This document shows positions 1 through 6,267 of a stretch of 10,625 nucleotides of DNA, piece after piece. Source of the stretch: Isosphaeraceae bacterium (GTDB taxonomy: Bacteria; Planctomycetota; Planctomycetia; Isosphaerales; Isosphaeraceae). The notes beneath the pieces are model-generated. The model made no database searches. It had not been told where the DNA came from and worked only from the letters and a program-made list of their open reading frames with translations. A program made the position numbers and the translations under genes. The stretch spans positions 1 through 10,625 of the forward strand of contig JAYVYS010000734.1 in NCBI GenBank assembly GCA_043784005.1, written 5' to 3'. How positions within the stretch are numbered: the stretch's first letter is position 1; each line of letters opens with the position of its first letter.

Positions 1-773
1 ATCGCCCGTTCTCGACTGAAGTGCCAGGTCGCATCGTCCCAGTTCTGGATATTCACGAATCGAAGCGTCGCGGCCCGGCCGACAAGGAGCTCGACAGCAC
101 CGACGTGCAAGGCTTGAGTTCCCTCGCGATCGCGCCCGGTCGTCTCACGAACAAGCGTCGCTTCGGCTCCCTCTTCAAGGATAACGAGAGTGTGGTCCAT
201 CTCGACACGTCCGGCCCTGGTCATTCCGACGAGACTGAAGAGAGGTACCCCGACCTTCACACCTTTTGGCACATAAAGCAAAGTGCCACCCGTCCAGAAG
301 GCGGCGTGTAGGGCGGCGAAGGCATCGTCCCGAGGTGAGACCGCCTTCGTCAACAGGCAACGTTCCAGAAGCTCGGGACAATCTTTCAACGCAGTGTTCA
401 GATCGATGAAGACCGCCCCGCCCAATTTCGAAGGATCAGCGAGGCGCGTCGTCTCGCCATTAATCTGCTCGATCCCTGTCGCGTAACTCGCACTCAGTGT
501 CGACCAGAGGGGTTCGATCGCCGCCGAATCTTCCGTGCTTGGCGTATGCTTCACGGCGGGAGCGAACGAATTTAGCTTCAGCCCGCGGATGTCTGTCCGC
601 CGCCATTCTTCGTCCTTGGCCGTTGGCCACGGAGTTGCTTGAAAGATGGCGAAGGCCTCTTTTCTTCGCGCGGTCAACCAGGCGGGTTCATCGCGCCCCT
701 TCAGAAAAGCTTCGAAGGTCGACTCGGTGAATCCGCCGGTATCTGTAGAGGTCTTCGCGGTCGCGATGCTCAT
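1..773 (-). CDS. sufD: Fe-S cluster assembly protein SufD, N-terminal ~257 codons. ATG at 773-771. The gene runs off the left edge of the window, so its C-terminus lies outside. It is absent from the ORF track, presumably because no in-window stop exists.
   Basis: Hand translation of the minus strand from the ATG at 773-771 gives MSIATAKTSTDTGGFTESTFEAFLKGRDEPAWLTARRKEAFAIFQATPWPTAKDEEWRRTDIRGL ... DAFAALHAAFWTGGTLLYVPKGVKVGVPLFSLVGMTRAGRVEMDHTLVILEEGAEATLVRETTG ... LRFVNIQNWDDATWHF. No stop occurs down to position 1. The W(R/K)xT N-terminal motif, the GG..VP.G..V..P core, the HxLI..EE block and the LQNW-like motif are SufD/SufB-family hallmarks. The SufB 'GCTAP' motif is absent, so the SufD paralogue is favoured. 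I spot-checked the frame at 747-773 and 471-482. The sufC and sufB neighbours support the call. Confidence 0.75.
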   Translation of the reverse strand, partial: MSIATAKTSTDTGGFTESTFEAFLKGRDEPAWLTARRKEAFAIFQATPWPTAKDEEWRRTDIRGLKLNSFAPAVKHTPSTEDSAAIEPLWSTLSASYATGIEQINGETTRLADPSKLGGAVFIDLNTALKDCPELLERCLLTKAVSPRDDAFAALHAAFWTGGTLLYVPKGVKVGVPLFSLVGMTRAGRVEMDHTLVILEEGAEATLVRETTGRDREGTQALHVGAVELLVGRAATLRFVNIQNWDDATWHFSRERA

Positions 774-848
774 TGCTGGAGAGTTCTCGTCTCACGAAAC
801 ACTGAGAAATCCATGATTGTTGACGAAAAAAGAATCGTCATGGGCCAA

Positions 849-1736
849 TCAAACGCTGGTGCTTCTCTTTTCGCCGATCTTCGCCTGATAGTTGGTCATC
901 ATGTGGTGTGCGATCCGGTCCTTGAGACACCCCCAAACCTCGTCCATGAGACTCAAATTCATGATCCCGTCGACAGCGCGGTTGCCCAGGGTCTTCAACA
1001 AGGCACCCGCCGGAGTGTCTGGCGTGCCGTCCGGGTCGGTGGCGACCCCCCCGAGGATTTGCTCAGCTTGGCAGTGCGTGTAGGTATTCGCAATCAGGCT
1101 GACCGTCGGGAGTAAAGGGACGACATCAAGGTCATCGACGAACCGGAAGATCTTGCCGGGGAATTGCTTTTCAAACGCTTGCGCGGCGAGTTCATTGCCG
1201 ATCATCGGGGCACCGAACGTATAAATTTCATGGACGCTCACGAATTGCTGCTGGAGCCGCCAGGCCGACAGAAGCGCCACCGCGCCGCCCAGGCTATGGC
1301 CTGTGATCCAAAGTGGCCTCTCCGACTTGCTCATAGCCCCGTCGAGCGCCGCGAACATCGGCCCCCAGATATCAGCGAGCGCCGACATGAACCCACGATG
1401 AAATCGCGCTCCGACCCCCGCCGCGGCAAAGTCGGTACCGATCCGGCCTTCGGGAAGGATCAGGAAATTATTCGCATTGGTGAGTAACCAATCCTTGAAC
1501 CCATCGATCGAGTCGGGCGCTTCGGAACCCCGAAACGCGGCGACGATCGAGGTCTCGTTCTCTCCGATGAACACTTGGGTGTTATCGACGCTGATAAGTC
1601 TCGCTTCGAGGCCGAGTTCAGAACGATACTGCTCAGGCCCGTTTGTCGCGTCTAGATAAGCCAGGTCACATGCGACCCCGAGGTAAGCCGCGTTGCGCAG
1701 ATCTCCTGCAGCATCCTTGTGAAGTTGTAGAGTCAT
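849..1736 (-). CDS. Class 3 (fungal-type) lipase / alpha/beta-hydrolase, 295 aa, with no signal peptide, so predicted cytoplasmic.
   Basis: ORF-track protein carries the nucleophile-elbow pentapeptide GHSLGG (...LWITGHSLGGAVALLSAW...). A downstream YTFGAPMIGN block and the Asp-containing FRFVDDLDVVPLLP block match the Lipase_3 family arrangement. Codon usage is typical for this window. The ATG at 1736-1734 overlaps the stop of the upstream LRR gene in an ATGA arrangement. Confidence 0.8.
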   Translation of the reverse strand: MTLQLHKDAAGDLRNAAYLGVACDLAYLDATNGPEQYRSELGLEARLISVDNTQVFIGENETSIVAAFRGSEAPDSIDGFKDWLLTNANNFLILPEGRIGTDFAAAGVGARFHRGFMSALADIWGPMFAALDGAMSKSERPLWITGHSLGGAVALLSAWRLQQQFVSVHEIYTFGAPMIGNELAAQAFEKQFPGKIFRFVDDLDVVPLLPTVSLIANTYTHCQAEQILGGVATDPDGTPDTPAGALLKTLGNRAVDGIMNLSLMDEVWGCLKDRIAHHMMTNYQAKIGEKRSTSV

Positions 1737-2392
1737 TGAAGTCCTCTCCTTGACGGCTTTGCCTCTCGCCAGGTCTTTAGCACCTCTGGGCTAACCTTGG
1801 TCCCCCGCAGATCCAGGCGCTTAAGCGACTCCATAAGAGCGAGCGATTCCGTCAAACCCGCATCAGTCACTGCCGTCCCGCTAAGTTTCAGTGTCTCAAG
1901 AGCAGGCAATTCTTGACCCAGAACCTTCAAACCCGCGTCGGTGACTTGCGAACCGTTGAGGTCGAGCTCGCGAAGCTGCTTCAAGCCCTTGAGCTCGATC
2001 AGGGTCGCGTCGGTCACGTCGGAATTGGCCATCTGGAGGACAACAGCGGACGGGTATTGGCGGAGAACGGAGTAATCCTTCTGATCCCAGCCGGTCAACG
2101 TGACATGGCGTTCTCCGTTGACGATCACCGCGCGTGGCCCAAGATCGACGGGCCTCACCTTCATATAGATGGGCGGCCCCGCGGCCATCAAGACACCAAA
2201 GAACATCACGAGCGAAGGAATGAGGGATTGTCGTGCATGCTTCGCGAAAAAAACGACGGCGACGGGCGGAAAAACGAGGACTCCCAATCCCCACCAGACC
2301 CGCGTGCGAAACGCCGCCACTAGCAAGATCAACGCACCTATGATGATGAGGGCCACACCGGTGAGGAAGATGTAAGGAAACAGCGATTCCAT
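1733..2392 (-). CDS. Membrane protein, 219 aa: three N-terminal TM helices followed by a leucine-rich-repeat domain (RNI-like LxxLxLxxTxVTDAGL repeats).
   Basis: N-terminus has hydrophobic segments IFLTGVALIIIGALILLVAAF, VWWGLGVLVFPPVAVVFFA and LIPSLVMFFGVLMAAGPPIY. Tandem ~24-aa repeats follow: LKQLRELDLNGSQVTDAGLKVLGQ / LPALETLKLSGTAVTDAGLTESLA / LMESLKRLDLRGTKVSPEVLKTW. ATG at 2392-2390, TGA at 1735-1733. The 4-nt ATGA overlap with the lipase start implies translational coupling. Confidence 0.75.
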   Translation of the reverse strand: MESLFPYIFLTGVALIIIGALILLVAAFRTRVWWGLGVLVFPPVAVVFFAKHARQSLIPSLVMFFGVLMAAGPPIYMKVRPVDLGPRAVIVNGERHVTLTGWDQKDYSVLRQYPSAVVLQMANSDVTDATLIELKGLKQLRELDLNGSQVTDAGLKVLGQELPALETLKLSGTAVTDAGLTESLALMESLKRLDLRGTKVSPEVLKTWREAKPSRRGLQ

Positions 2393-2427
2393 GTCTGGTA
2401 AGAACCGATATCAGGGAAAGAATCCGA

Positions 2428-2455
2428 TGTCCTCGACCTCAATTGGCCGAGGACA
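2428..2455 (-). terminator. Stem-loop with an 8-bp perfect stem (TGTCCTCG / CGAGGACA) and a 12-nt loop. On the minus strand it is followed by a U-rich stretch (UCGGAUUCUUUCCCU). Possible partial terminator or attenuator between sufB and the LRR-lipase cassette.
   Basis: The inverted repeat was read directly: 2428-2435 and 2448-2455. A T-rich run follows on the minus strand, which is the reverse complement of 2411-2427. The U-tract is interrupted, so this would be a weak terminator at best. Confidence 0.3.
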
Positions 2456-2497
2456 CCGCGTTTTCAGGTCGGAGTGATTCTGGCGGGTTGGACCGTT

Positions 2498-2533
2498 GAT
2501 CGCGGCCCCGTTTTCGACAATGGGGACGCGATC
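2498..2533 (-). other. Strong GC-rich stem-loop starting 15 nt after the sufB stop. Stem is GATCGCG-(G/A mismatch)-CCCC // GGGG-CGCGATC, 11 bp with one internal mismatch and a 12-nt loop. No U-tract follows on either strand.
   Basis: Inverted repeat read directly: 2498-2504 pairs with 2527-2533 and 2506-2509 pairs with 2522-2525. Its position just 3' of the sufB stop (2548) suggests an mRNA-stabilising or processing hairpin rather than an intrinsic terminator. Confidence 0.4.
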
Positions 2534-2547
2534 GAGGAGAGGAAGGC

Positions 2548-3963
2548 TCAGCCCACCGAGCCTTCCATCTGAAGTTGGATGAGCTTGTTCATCTCGACGG
2601 CGTATTCCATCGGCAGCTCTTTCACCAGGGGCTCGATGAAGCCGCTGACGATCAAGGTCGACGCCTCGGCCTCGGAAAGTCCCCGGCTCTTCAAGTAGAA
2701 GAGTTGTTCCTCACCAATCTTTGAGACGCTCGCCTCATGACCAATCTTGACGTCGTCTTCGTCGATCTCGATATAAGGATACGTATCGGATCGGCTCTGC
2801 GGGTCGAGGATCAACGCATCGCAGACGACGTTCGACTTCGAGCCTTTGGCCCCCGAGGCGACTTTGAGGAGTCCGCGATAGCTCGCGCGTCCGCCGTTTT
2901 TGCTGATGCTCTTGGAGATGATCCGAGAGCTTGTGTAGGGAGCACCATGGACCACTTTGCCGCCGGCGTCCTGATGCTGGCCTTTGCCCGCGAACGCGAT
3001 GGAAAGGATTTCTCCGCGTGCCCCTTTGCCCATCATATAGACGGCGGGATATTTCATGGTGAGCCGGCTGCCGAGATTGCCGTCAACCCACTCCATCACG
3101 GCATCCTCGTAGGCGACTGCGCGCTTTGTCACGAGGTTGTAAATGTTGTTGGCCCAGTTTTGGATCGTCGTGTAGCGGCAGCGGCCGCCTTTTTTGACGA
3201 CGATTTCGACAACGGCCGAGTGGAGGCTCTCGGTCGAATACATCGGGGCGGTGCAACCTTCAACGTAATGAACCTGAGCACCTTCCTCGACGATGATCAA
3301 CGTCCGTTCAAACTGGCCCATGTTCTCGGCATTGATCCGGAAATAGGCCTGGAGAGGGATGTCAACTTTCACACCCGCGGGGATGTAGACGAACGATCCA
3401 CCCGACCAGACCGCTGAGTTGAGCGCGGCGAACTTGTTGTCGTGGATCGAAATGATCGTGCCGTAATACTGGCGGATCAGGTCCGGATACTCACGCAGGG
3501 CCGTGTCGGTATCGACGAAAATCACGCCCTTCTGCTTGAGATCTTCGCGAAGGCTGTGATACACGACTTCGGACTCGTATTGAGCGCCGACGCCTGCGAG
3601 AAACTTTCGCTCAGCTTCGGGAATTCCAAGCTTATCGAAGGTGTTCTTGATCTCGGCGGGGACATCGTCCCACGTCTTGCCCTGACGATCGGCGGCTCTC
3701 ATGTAGTAGTGAATGTCGTCGAAATTCAAGTGGGAAAGGTCGCCGCCCCAGGTCGGCGTGGGCTTCCCCCAAAAGATGTCGAGGGCCTTCAGACGGAGGT
3801 CGCGCATCCAGCGCGGTTCGTCTTTCATTGCCGAGATCTCTTCCACGACCTCGCGCGTCAGACCCTTCTTGCTCTTGAACGAGTAGTTTTCGTCCGAGTC
3901 GCGAAAGCCGTACTTGTCGTCTTCCTTGATGCCCGAGACCTGGCTGCTCAGATCGGTCGCCAT
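2548..3963 (-). CDS. sufB: Fe-S cluster assembly protein SufB, 472 aa from the ATG at 3963-3961. The ORF-track ORF extends a further 60 codons upstream to an alternative start at 4143.
   Basis: Protein from [20 protein letters not shown]... contains the SufB signature VEGCTAPMY and the C-terminal [22 protein letters not shown]. The N-terminal region resembles enterobacterial SufB ([27 protein letters not shown]). AAAGGA lies ~10 nt upstream of the ATG at 3963. The upstream extension ([12 protein letters not shown]...) is basic, low-complexity and overlaps the sufC 3' end. Confidence 0.9.
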   Translation of the reverse strand: MATDLSSQVSGIKEDDKYGFRDSDENYSFKSKKGLTREVVEEISAMKDEPRWMRDLRLKALDIFWGKPTPTWGGDLSHLNFDDIHYYMRAADRQGKTWDDVPAEIKNTFDKLGIPEAERKFLAGVGAQYESEVVYHSLREDLKQKGVIFVDTDTALREYPDLIRQYYGTIISIHDNKFAALNSAVWSGGSFVYIPAGVKVDIPLQAYFRINAENMGQFERTLIIVEEGAQVHYVEGCTAPMYSTESLHSAVVEIVVKKGGRCRYTTIQNWANNIYNLVTKRAVAYEDAVMEWVDGNLGSRLTMKYPAVYMMGKGARGEILSIAFAGKGQHQDAGGKVVHGAPYTSSRIISKSISKNGGRASYRGLLKVASGAKGSKSNVVCDALILDPQSRSDTYPYIEIDEDDVKIGHEASVSKIGEEQLFYLKSRGLSEAEASTLIVSGFIEPLVKELPMEYAVEMNKLIQLQMEGSVG

Positions 3964-4015
3964 CGTGGTATGTCCTTTATTATTCAACGAGTAGGGGCGT
4001 GTAAGCGGTATCGAT

Positions 4016-4846
4016 CTAGAAAGTGAGTTGGCCAGCCGGAGCGTTCTGTTCGAGCGCGTCCTCGTCATTCGCGGCTTCGGGATATTTGGCACGAATCCAG
4101 TCGTACCCTTCTTTTTCCAGCAATTCGACGATCTCGGTGCCACCGTTTTCGACGATCCTGCCGCCGAAAAGAATGTGGACGAATTGCGGCTTGATGTAAT
4201 TCAGGATCCGCTGATAGTGGGTAATGACCAGGACGCCCGTCGACATCTTCGCGGCGACCTTGTTGACGCCTTCCGAGACGATCCGCACCGCGTCGATATC
4301 GAGGCCGCTGTCGGTCTCGTCGAGGATCGCGAAAGCCGGGCGGAGCATGGCGAGTTGAAGGACTTCGGCACGCTTCTTTTCGCCGCCTGAGAAACCCTCG
4401 TTGAGGTATCGGCGGGCGAATTCCGGGTCCATCCCCAACTCGTCCATCTCAGCGCGCAGTTCCTTGCGGAAGTCGCGCATCGGAATCAGATCTTCGCCTT
4501 CCTTGCGAAGCGGATTGCGAACGTTGGAGACCGCATGGCGAAGGAAATTGGCGACGGTCACTCCGGGAATCGACGTCGGGTACTGAAACGCGAGGAACAG
4601 ACCCGCCTTGGCGCGCTCATCGGCTTCGAGATCGAGCAAGTCGACTCCGTTCAACGTCGCCGAACCCTCGGTCACTTCATAGTTGGGATGACCCATCAAC
4701 GCATAGCTCAGAGTGCTCTTTCCGGAACCGTTCGGCCCCATCAGGGCATGAACTTCCCCTTGCTTGATGGTGAGGTTGACCCCTTTGAGGATCTCCTTGC
4801 CGTCGATCGCCACATGAAGGTTGTCAATCTTGAGGACCTTGCTCAT
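4016..4846 (-). CDS. sufC: Fe-S cluster assembly ATPase SufC, 276 aa, with a ~25-aa acidic C-terminal tail beyond the usual ~250 aa.
   Basis: Walker A motif [12 protein letters not shown] signature in the [11 protein letters not shown] context. Walker B motif [14 protein letters not shown]-loop motif ITHYQRIL. The N-terminus [25 protein letters not shown] is typical of SufC. It lies immediately upstream of sufB on the same strand with a 52-nt gap. Confidence 0.9.
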   Translation of the reverse strand: MSKVLKIDNLHVAIDGKEILKGVNLTIKQGEVHALMGPNGSGKSTLSYALMGHPNYEVTEGSATLNGVDLLDLEADERAKAGLFLAFQYPTSIPGVTVANFLRHAVSNVRNPLRKEGEDLIPMRDFRKELRAEMDELGMDPEFARRYLNEGFSGGEKKRAEVLQLAMLRPAFAILDETDSGLDIDAVRIVSEGVNKVAAKMSTGVLVITHYQRILNYIKPQFVHILFGGRIVENGGTEIVELLEKEGYDWIRAKYPEAANDEDALEQNAPAGQLTF

Positions 4847-4932
4847 CAGTCTTCTGCCCTACTTTTGAAAAATCGCGGCCCTGGTCCGCAATCAAGAGGA
4901 TTCAATCGGTTCATCCGGCTTCAGTCCGGAAC

Positions 4933-4941
4933 CTGTGTACA
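4933..4941 (-). promoter_or_regulatory. CTGTGTACA motif in the sufC upstream region, ~87 nt 5' of the sufC ATG. It is related to the CTGTGCACA palindrome upstream of sufR. Candidate SufR operator.
   Basis: Read directly. The plus strand has ctgtgtaca at 4933-4941. On the minus strand the two sites align as TTTTGTACACAGGTT (sufC) and TTGTGTGCACAGAAT (sufR), sharing TGT(R)CACAG. Confidence 0.25.
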
Positions 4942-4987
4942 AAAATTTCCAACGCTCGCGAAGAAGGAAGGAGGCGTCGGCACGCGT

Positions 4988-5632
4988 TCACTTGACCCCA
5001 ATCGCGAACACCTCGGGCTTGGCCTCGAAGTCGCATGATTGGTGGCCGTCGAGCCTGCATTGACTCAGACGGACGCCTCTCCCGAGGATTTTCTCGAACA
5101 TCTTGCGTTCCATCGAACACACCGTCCGATCCACCTGGGCAAGCTCGTAATAGGGGCAAGAGTGCTGTTTAAGGACCGGCATCATCGAGCCGTCACCCCG
5201 CGTGACCTCCGTCTCGACCCCTCGATCGTGCAAGATGCTACCGAGTTGGACGAGCCGATTTTCCCAGGCATCGCCCGTGACTTGTGCCTTGTAGACCTCG
5301 GCAAGTCGTTCGGTGATCCGCCCGAAGATAATGCGACGGAGCTTTCGATCTTCGACCGACCGCATCATCTCGTCCCACAGGACGACCGCGAGGTCGGCGT
5401 AATTCTGGCCGAGTTTCTTATGGGTCTCGACACTCGGCTTGTACGTGTGTTTGGGCCGGCCCCGCCCCCCCTGCTCGCTCTCACGCTCGACCATTCCCGA
5501 ACTGACCAATCGCGTGAGACGATTGCGGATCGCGGTCGGTGTGACTCCGAGATGTTCAACCATCTCGTGAATCGTGAGCGAACCGTGACGCCGAATCAAG
5601 TCGAGCAGAGACCGATCCGAAGTTTCGTTCAT
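4988..5632 (-). CDS. sufR: SufR-like transcriptional regulator, 214 aa: N-terminal winged-helix HTH plus a C-terminal four-cysteine cluster. Probable Fe-S-sensing repressor of the suf genes.
   Basis: N-terminal wHTH (LLDLIRRHGSLTIHEMVEHLGVTPTAIRNRLTRLVSSGMVERESEQGGRGRPKHTYKPS). C-terminal Cys pattern C-x12-C-x19-C-x7-C (SCPYYELAQVDRTVCSMERKMFEKILGRGVRLSQCRLDGHQSCDF) resembles the [4Fe-4S]-binding SufR of cyanobacteria. It lies directly upstream of sufC-sufB on the same strand. ATG at 5632-5630. Confidence 0.6.
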   Translation of the reverse strand: MNETSDRSLLDLIRRHGSLTIHEMVEHLGVTPTAIRNRLTRLVSSGMVERESEQGGRGRPKHTYKPSVETHKKLGQNYADLAVVLWDEMMRSVEDRKLRRIIFGRITERLAEVYKAQVTGDAWENRLVQLGSILHDRGVETEVTRGDGSMMPVLKQHSCPYYELAQVDRTVCSMERKMFEKILGRGVRLSQCRLDGHQSCDFEAKPEVFAIGVK

Positions 5633-5649
5633 TTGCTCGTCTCAAATTC

Positions 5650-5657
5650 TGTGCACA
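5650..5657 (-). promoter_or_regulatory. Perfect 8-bp palindrome TGTGCACA (within CTGTGCACACAAG), ending ~17 nt 5' of the sufR start codon. Candidate autoregulatory operator.
   Basis: Read directly at 5650-5657. A related half-palindromic copy lies upstream of sufC at 4933-4941. Confidence 0.3.
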
Positions 5658-5808
5658 CAAGTAAAACTCGGGGTTAGTCCCGAACCGTGAGCCGCTTCAA
5701 CATTGCTTATTGTAAAAGCCTGAATACTCAGCGTCCATGTACTACAGCGGCATTTTGACCATTTTCTCCAAAATAATTGCGAAAACGATTTCAGCCACGA
5801 AACCTCTT

Positions 5809-5836
5809 CGAAAAAACGAACGCCCCCGCGATTCCT
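5809..5836 (-). terminator. Weak terminator-like element on the minus strand: a short GC stem (AAUCGC-GGGG-GCGUU) followed by a UUUUUU tract.
   Basis: The plus strand has an aaaaaa run at 5811-5816 immediately 3' of the GC-rich cgaacgcccccgcgattc at 5817-5834. On the minus strand this reads as hairpin then U6. It lies ~80 nt downstream of the candidate small ORF stop. The stem is only 3-5 bp, so confidence is low. Confidence 0.25.
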
Positions 5837-5915
5837 CTGGTCGCTCAAACGAAGAGCGCGAGGAAGCCGGGAGCGTTAATGAGTTCACGCAAGGCGAAGA
5901 ATCGAGGCCGAATCT

Positions 5916-6059
5916 TTAGAGACCGACACCGCCGAGATGCTTACGCTTCCTGGGGTTGCGAACGCCACCCAATTTCGGTCGACGACATTTGGCGATCGGA
6001 GAAGAATCCGCCTTCTTCCGCCACTTATAGCTTTTCTTGTGCTTCTGCTTGGCTTTCAT
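5916..6059 (-). CDS. Candidate small ORF of 47 aa encoding an extremely basic (~40% K/R) peptide: MKAKQKHKKSYKWRKKADSSPIAKCRRPKLGGVRNPRKRKHLGGVGL.
   Basis: Hand translation of the minus strand: ATG at 6059-6057, TAA at 5918-5916. GGAG lies ~10 nt upstream of the ATG. GC3 is about 64%. A sigma70-like promoter lies ~50 nt upstream (see 6116-6145) and a weak terminator-like element ~80 nt downstream. It is below the 60-aa cutoff of the ORF track. I recognise no homology, and the composition resembles small ribosomal or nucleic-acid-binding proteins. Confidence 0.25.
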   Translation of the reverse strand: MKAKQKHKKSYKWRKKADSSPIAKCRRPKLGGVRNPRKRKHLGGVGL

Positions 6060-6115
6060 CGGAAGGAAGCTCCATTCGAAAATTTCTTTGGCCACGCTAA
6101 GGTGGCGAAGCGAGC

Positions 6116-6145
6116 ATTATGCCGCGAAGGACATCCCCGGATCAA
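6116..6145 (-). promoter_or_regulatory. Sigma70-like promoter on the minus strand: -35 TTGATC, 18-nt spacer, -10 CATAAT. It points toward the small basic ORF.
   Basis: Plus strand has gatcaa at 6140-6145, reverse-complement TTGATC, and attatg at 6116-6121, reverse-complement CATAAT. Spacer is 6122-6139. The predicted TSS near 6108 gives a ~50-nt leader to the ATG at 6059. Confidence 0.3.
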
Positions 6146-6190
6146 GCACAGATTGAACGTTTCCAGGTTTGCTCACGACGATCCGAACCA

Positions 6191-6230
6191 GAATAAAACA
6201 ATCCCCAGCCTCGGGTGACAAGACTGGGGA
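6191..6230 (-). terminator. Rho-independent terminator of the flotillin-like gene: 7-bp perfect stem TCCCCAG / CTGGGGA with a 15-nt loop, followed on the minus strand by UUGUUUUAUU.
   Basis: Stem at 6202-6208 and 6224-6230. The A-rich run ataaaacaa at 6193-6201 on the plus strand is a U-tract on the minus strand. It lies 38 nt downstream of the stop at 6268. Confidence 0.7.
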
Positions 6231-6267
6231 CCATTTCTTTGAGATGCGATTCCTTCAATGAACCTCA

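Noticed and set aside
21-1115. Plus-strand ORFs 21-311, 283-486, 497-730 and 639-1115
   Set aside because: They are antisense to the hand-identified sufD (1-773) and the lipase gene. The minus-strand translations are clearly SufD- and Lipase_3-like, whereas these are featureless.
1896-2323. Overlapping 132-aa (-) and 136-aa (+) ORFs inside the LRR gene
   Set aside because: They are alternative-frame or antisense products of the LRR coding region with Arg-rich low complexity. The LRR frame has clear repeat structure and TM helices.
2737-4026. Plus-strand ORFs of 226 aa and 194 aa inside sufB
   Set aside because: Both are antisense to a strongly supported SufB coding sequence. The products are low-complexity (D/R/V-rich).
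3964-4143. 60-codon N-terminal extension of the sufB ORF ([20 protein letters not shown]...)
   Set aside because: Basic, low-complexity, and it overlaps the sufC 3' end. The conserved SufB N-terminus begins at the internal ATG at 3963, which has a purine-rich stretch upstream.
4028-5038. Plus-strand ORFs of 120, 61 and 167 aa across sufC and the sufR-sufC spacer
   Set aside because: Antisense to sufC with no motifs. High GC explains the open frames.
5039-5677. 212-aa plus-strand ORF
   Set aside because: Exactly antisense to the SufR-like gene. No recognisable domain.
6051-6075. GGAAGGAAGC string, superficially like the conserved SRP (4.5S) RNA helix-8 motif CCGGAAGGAAGCAGCC
   Set aside because: The flanking bases do not form the required helix. 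The AGCAGCC 3' strand and a GNRA-closed stem are absent. The sequence instead coincides with the SD and start region of the small basic ORF.
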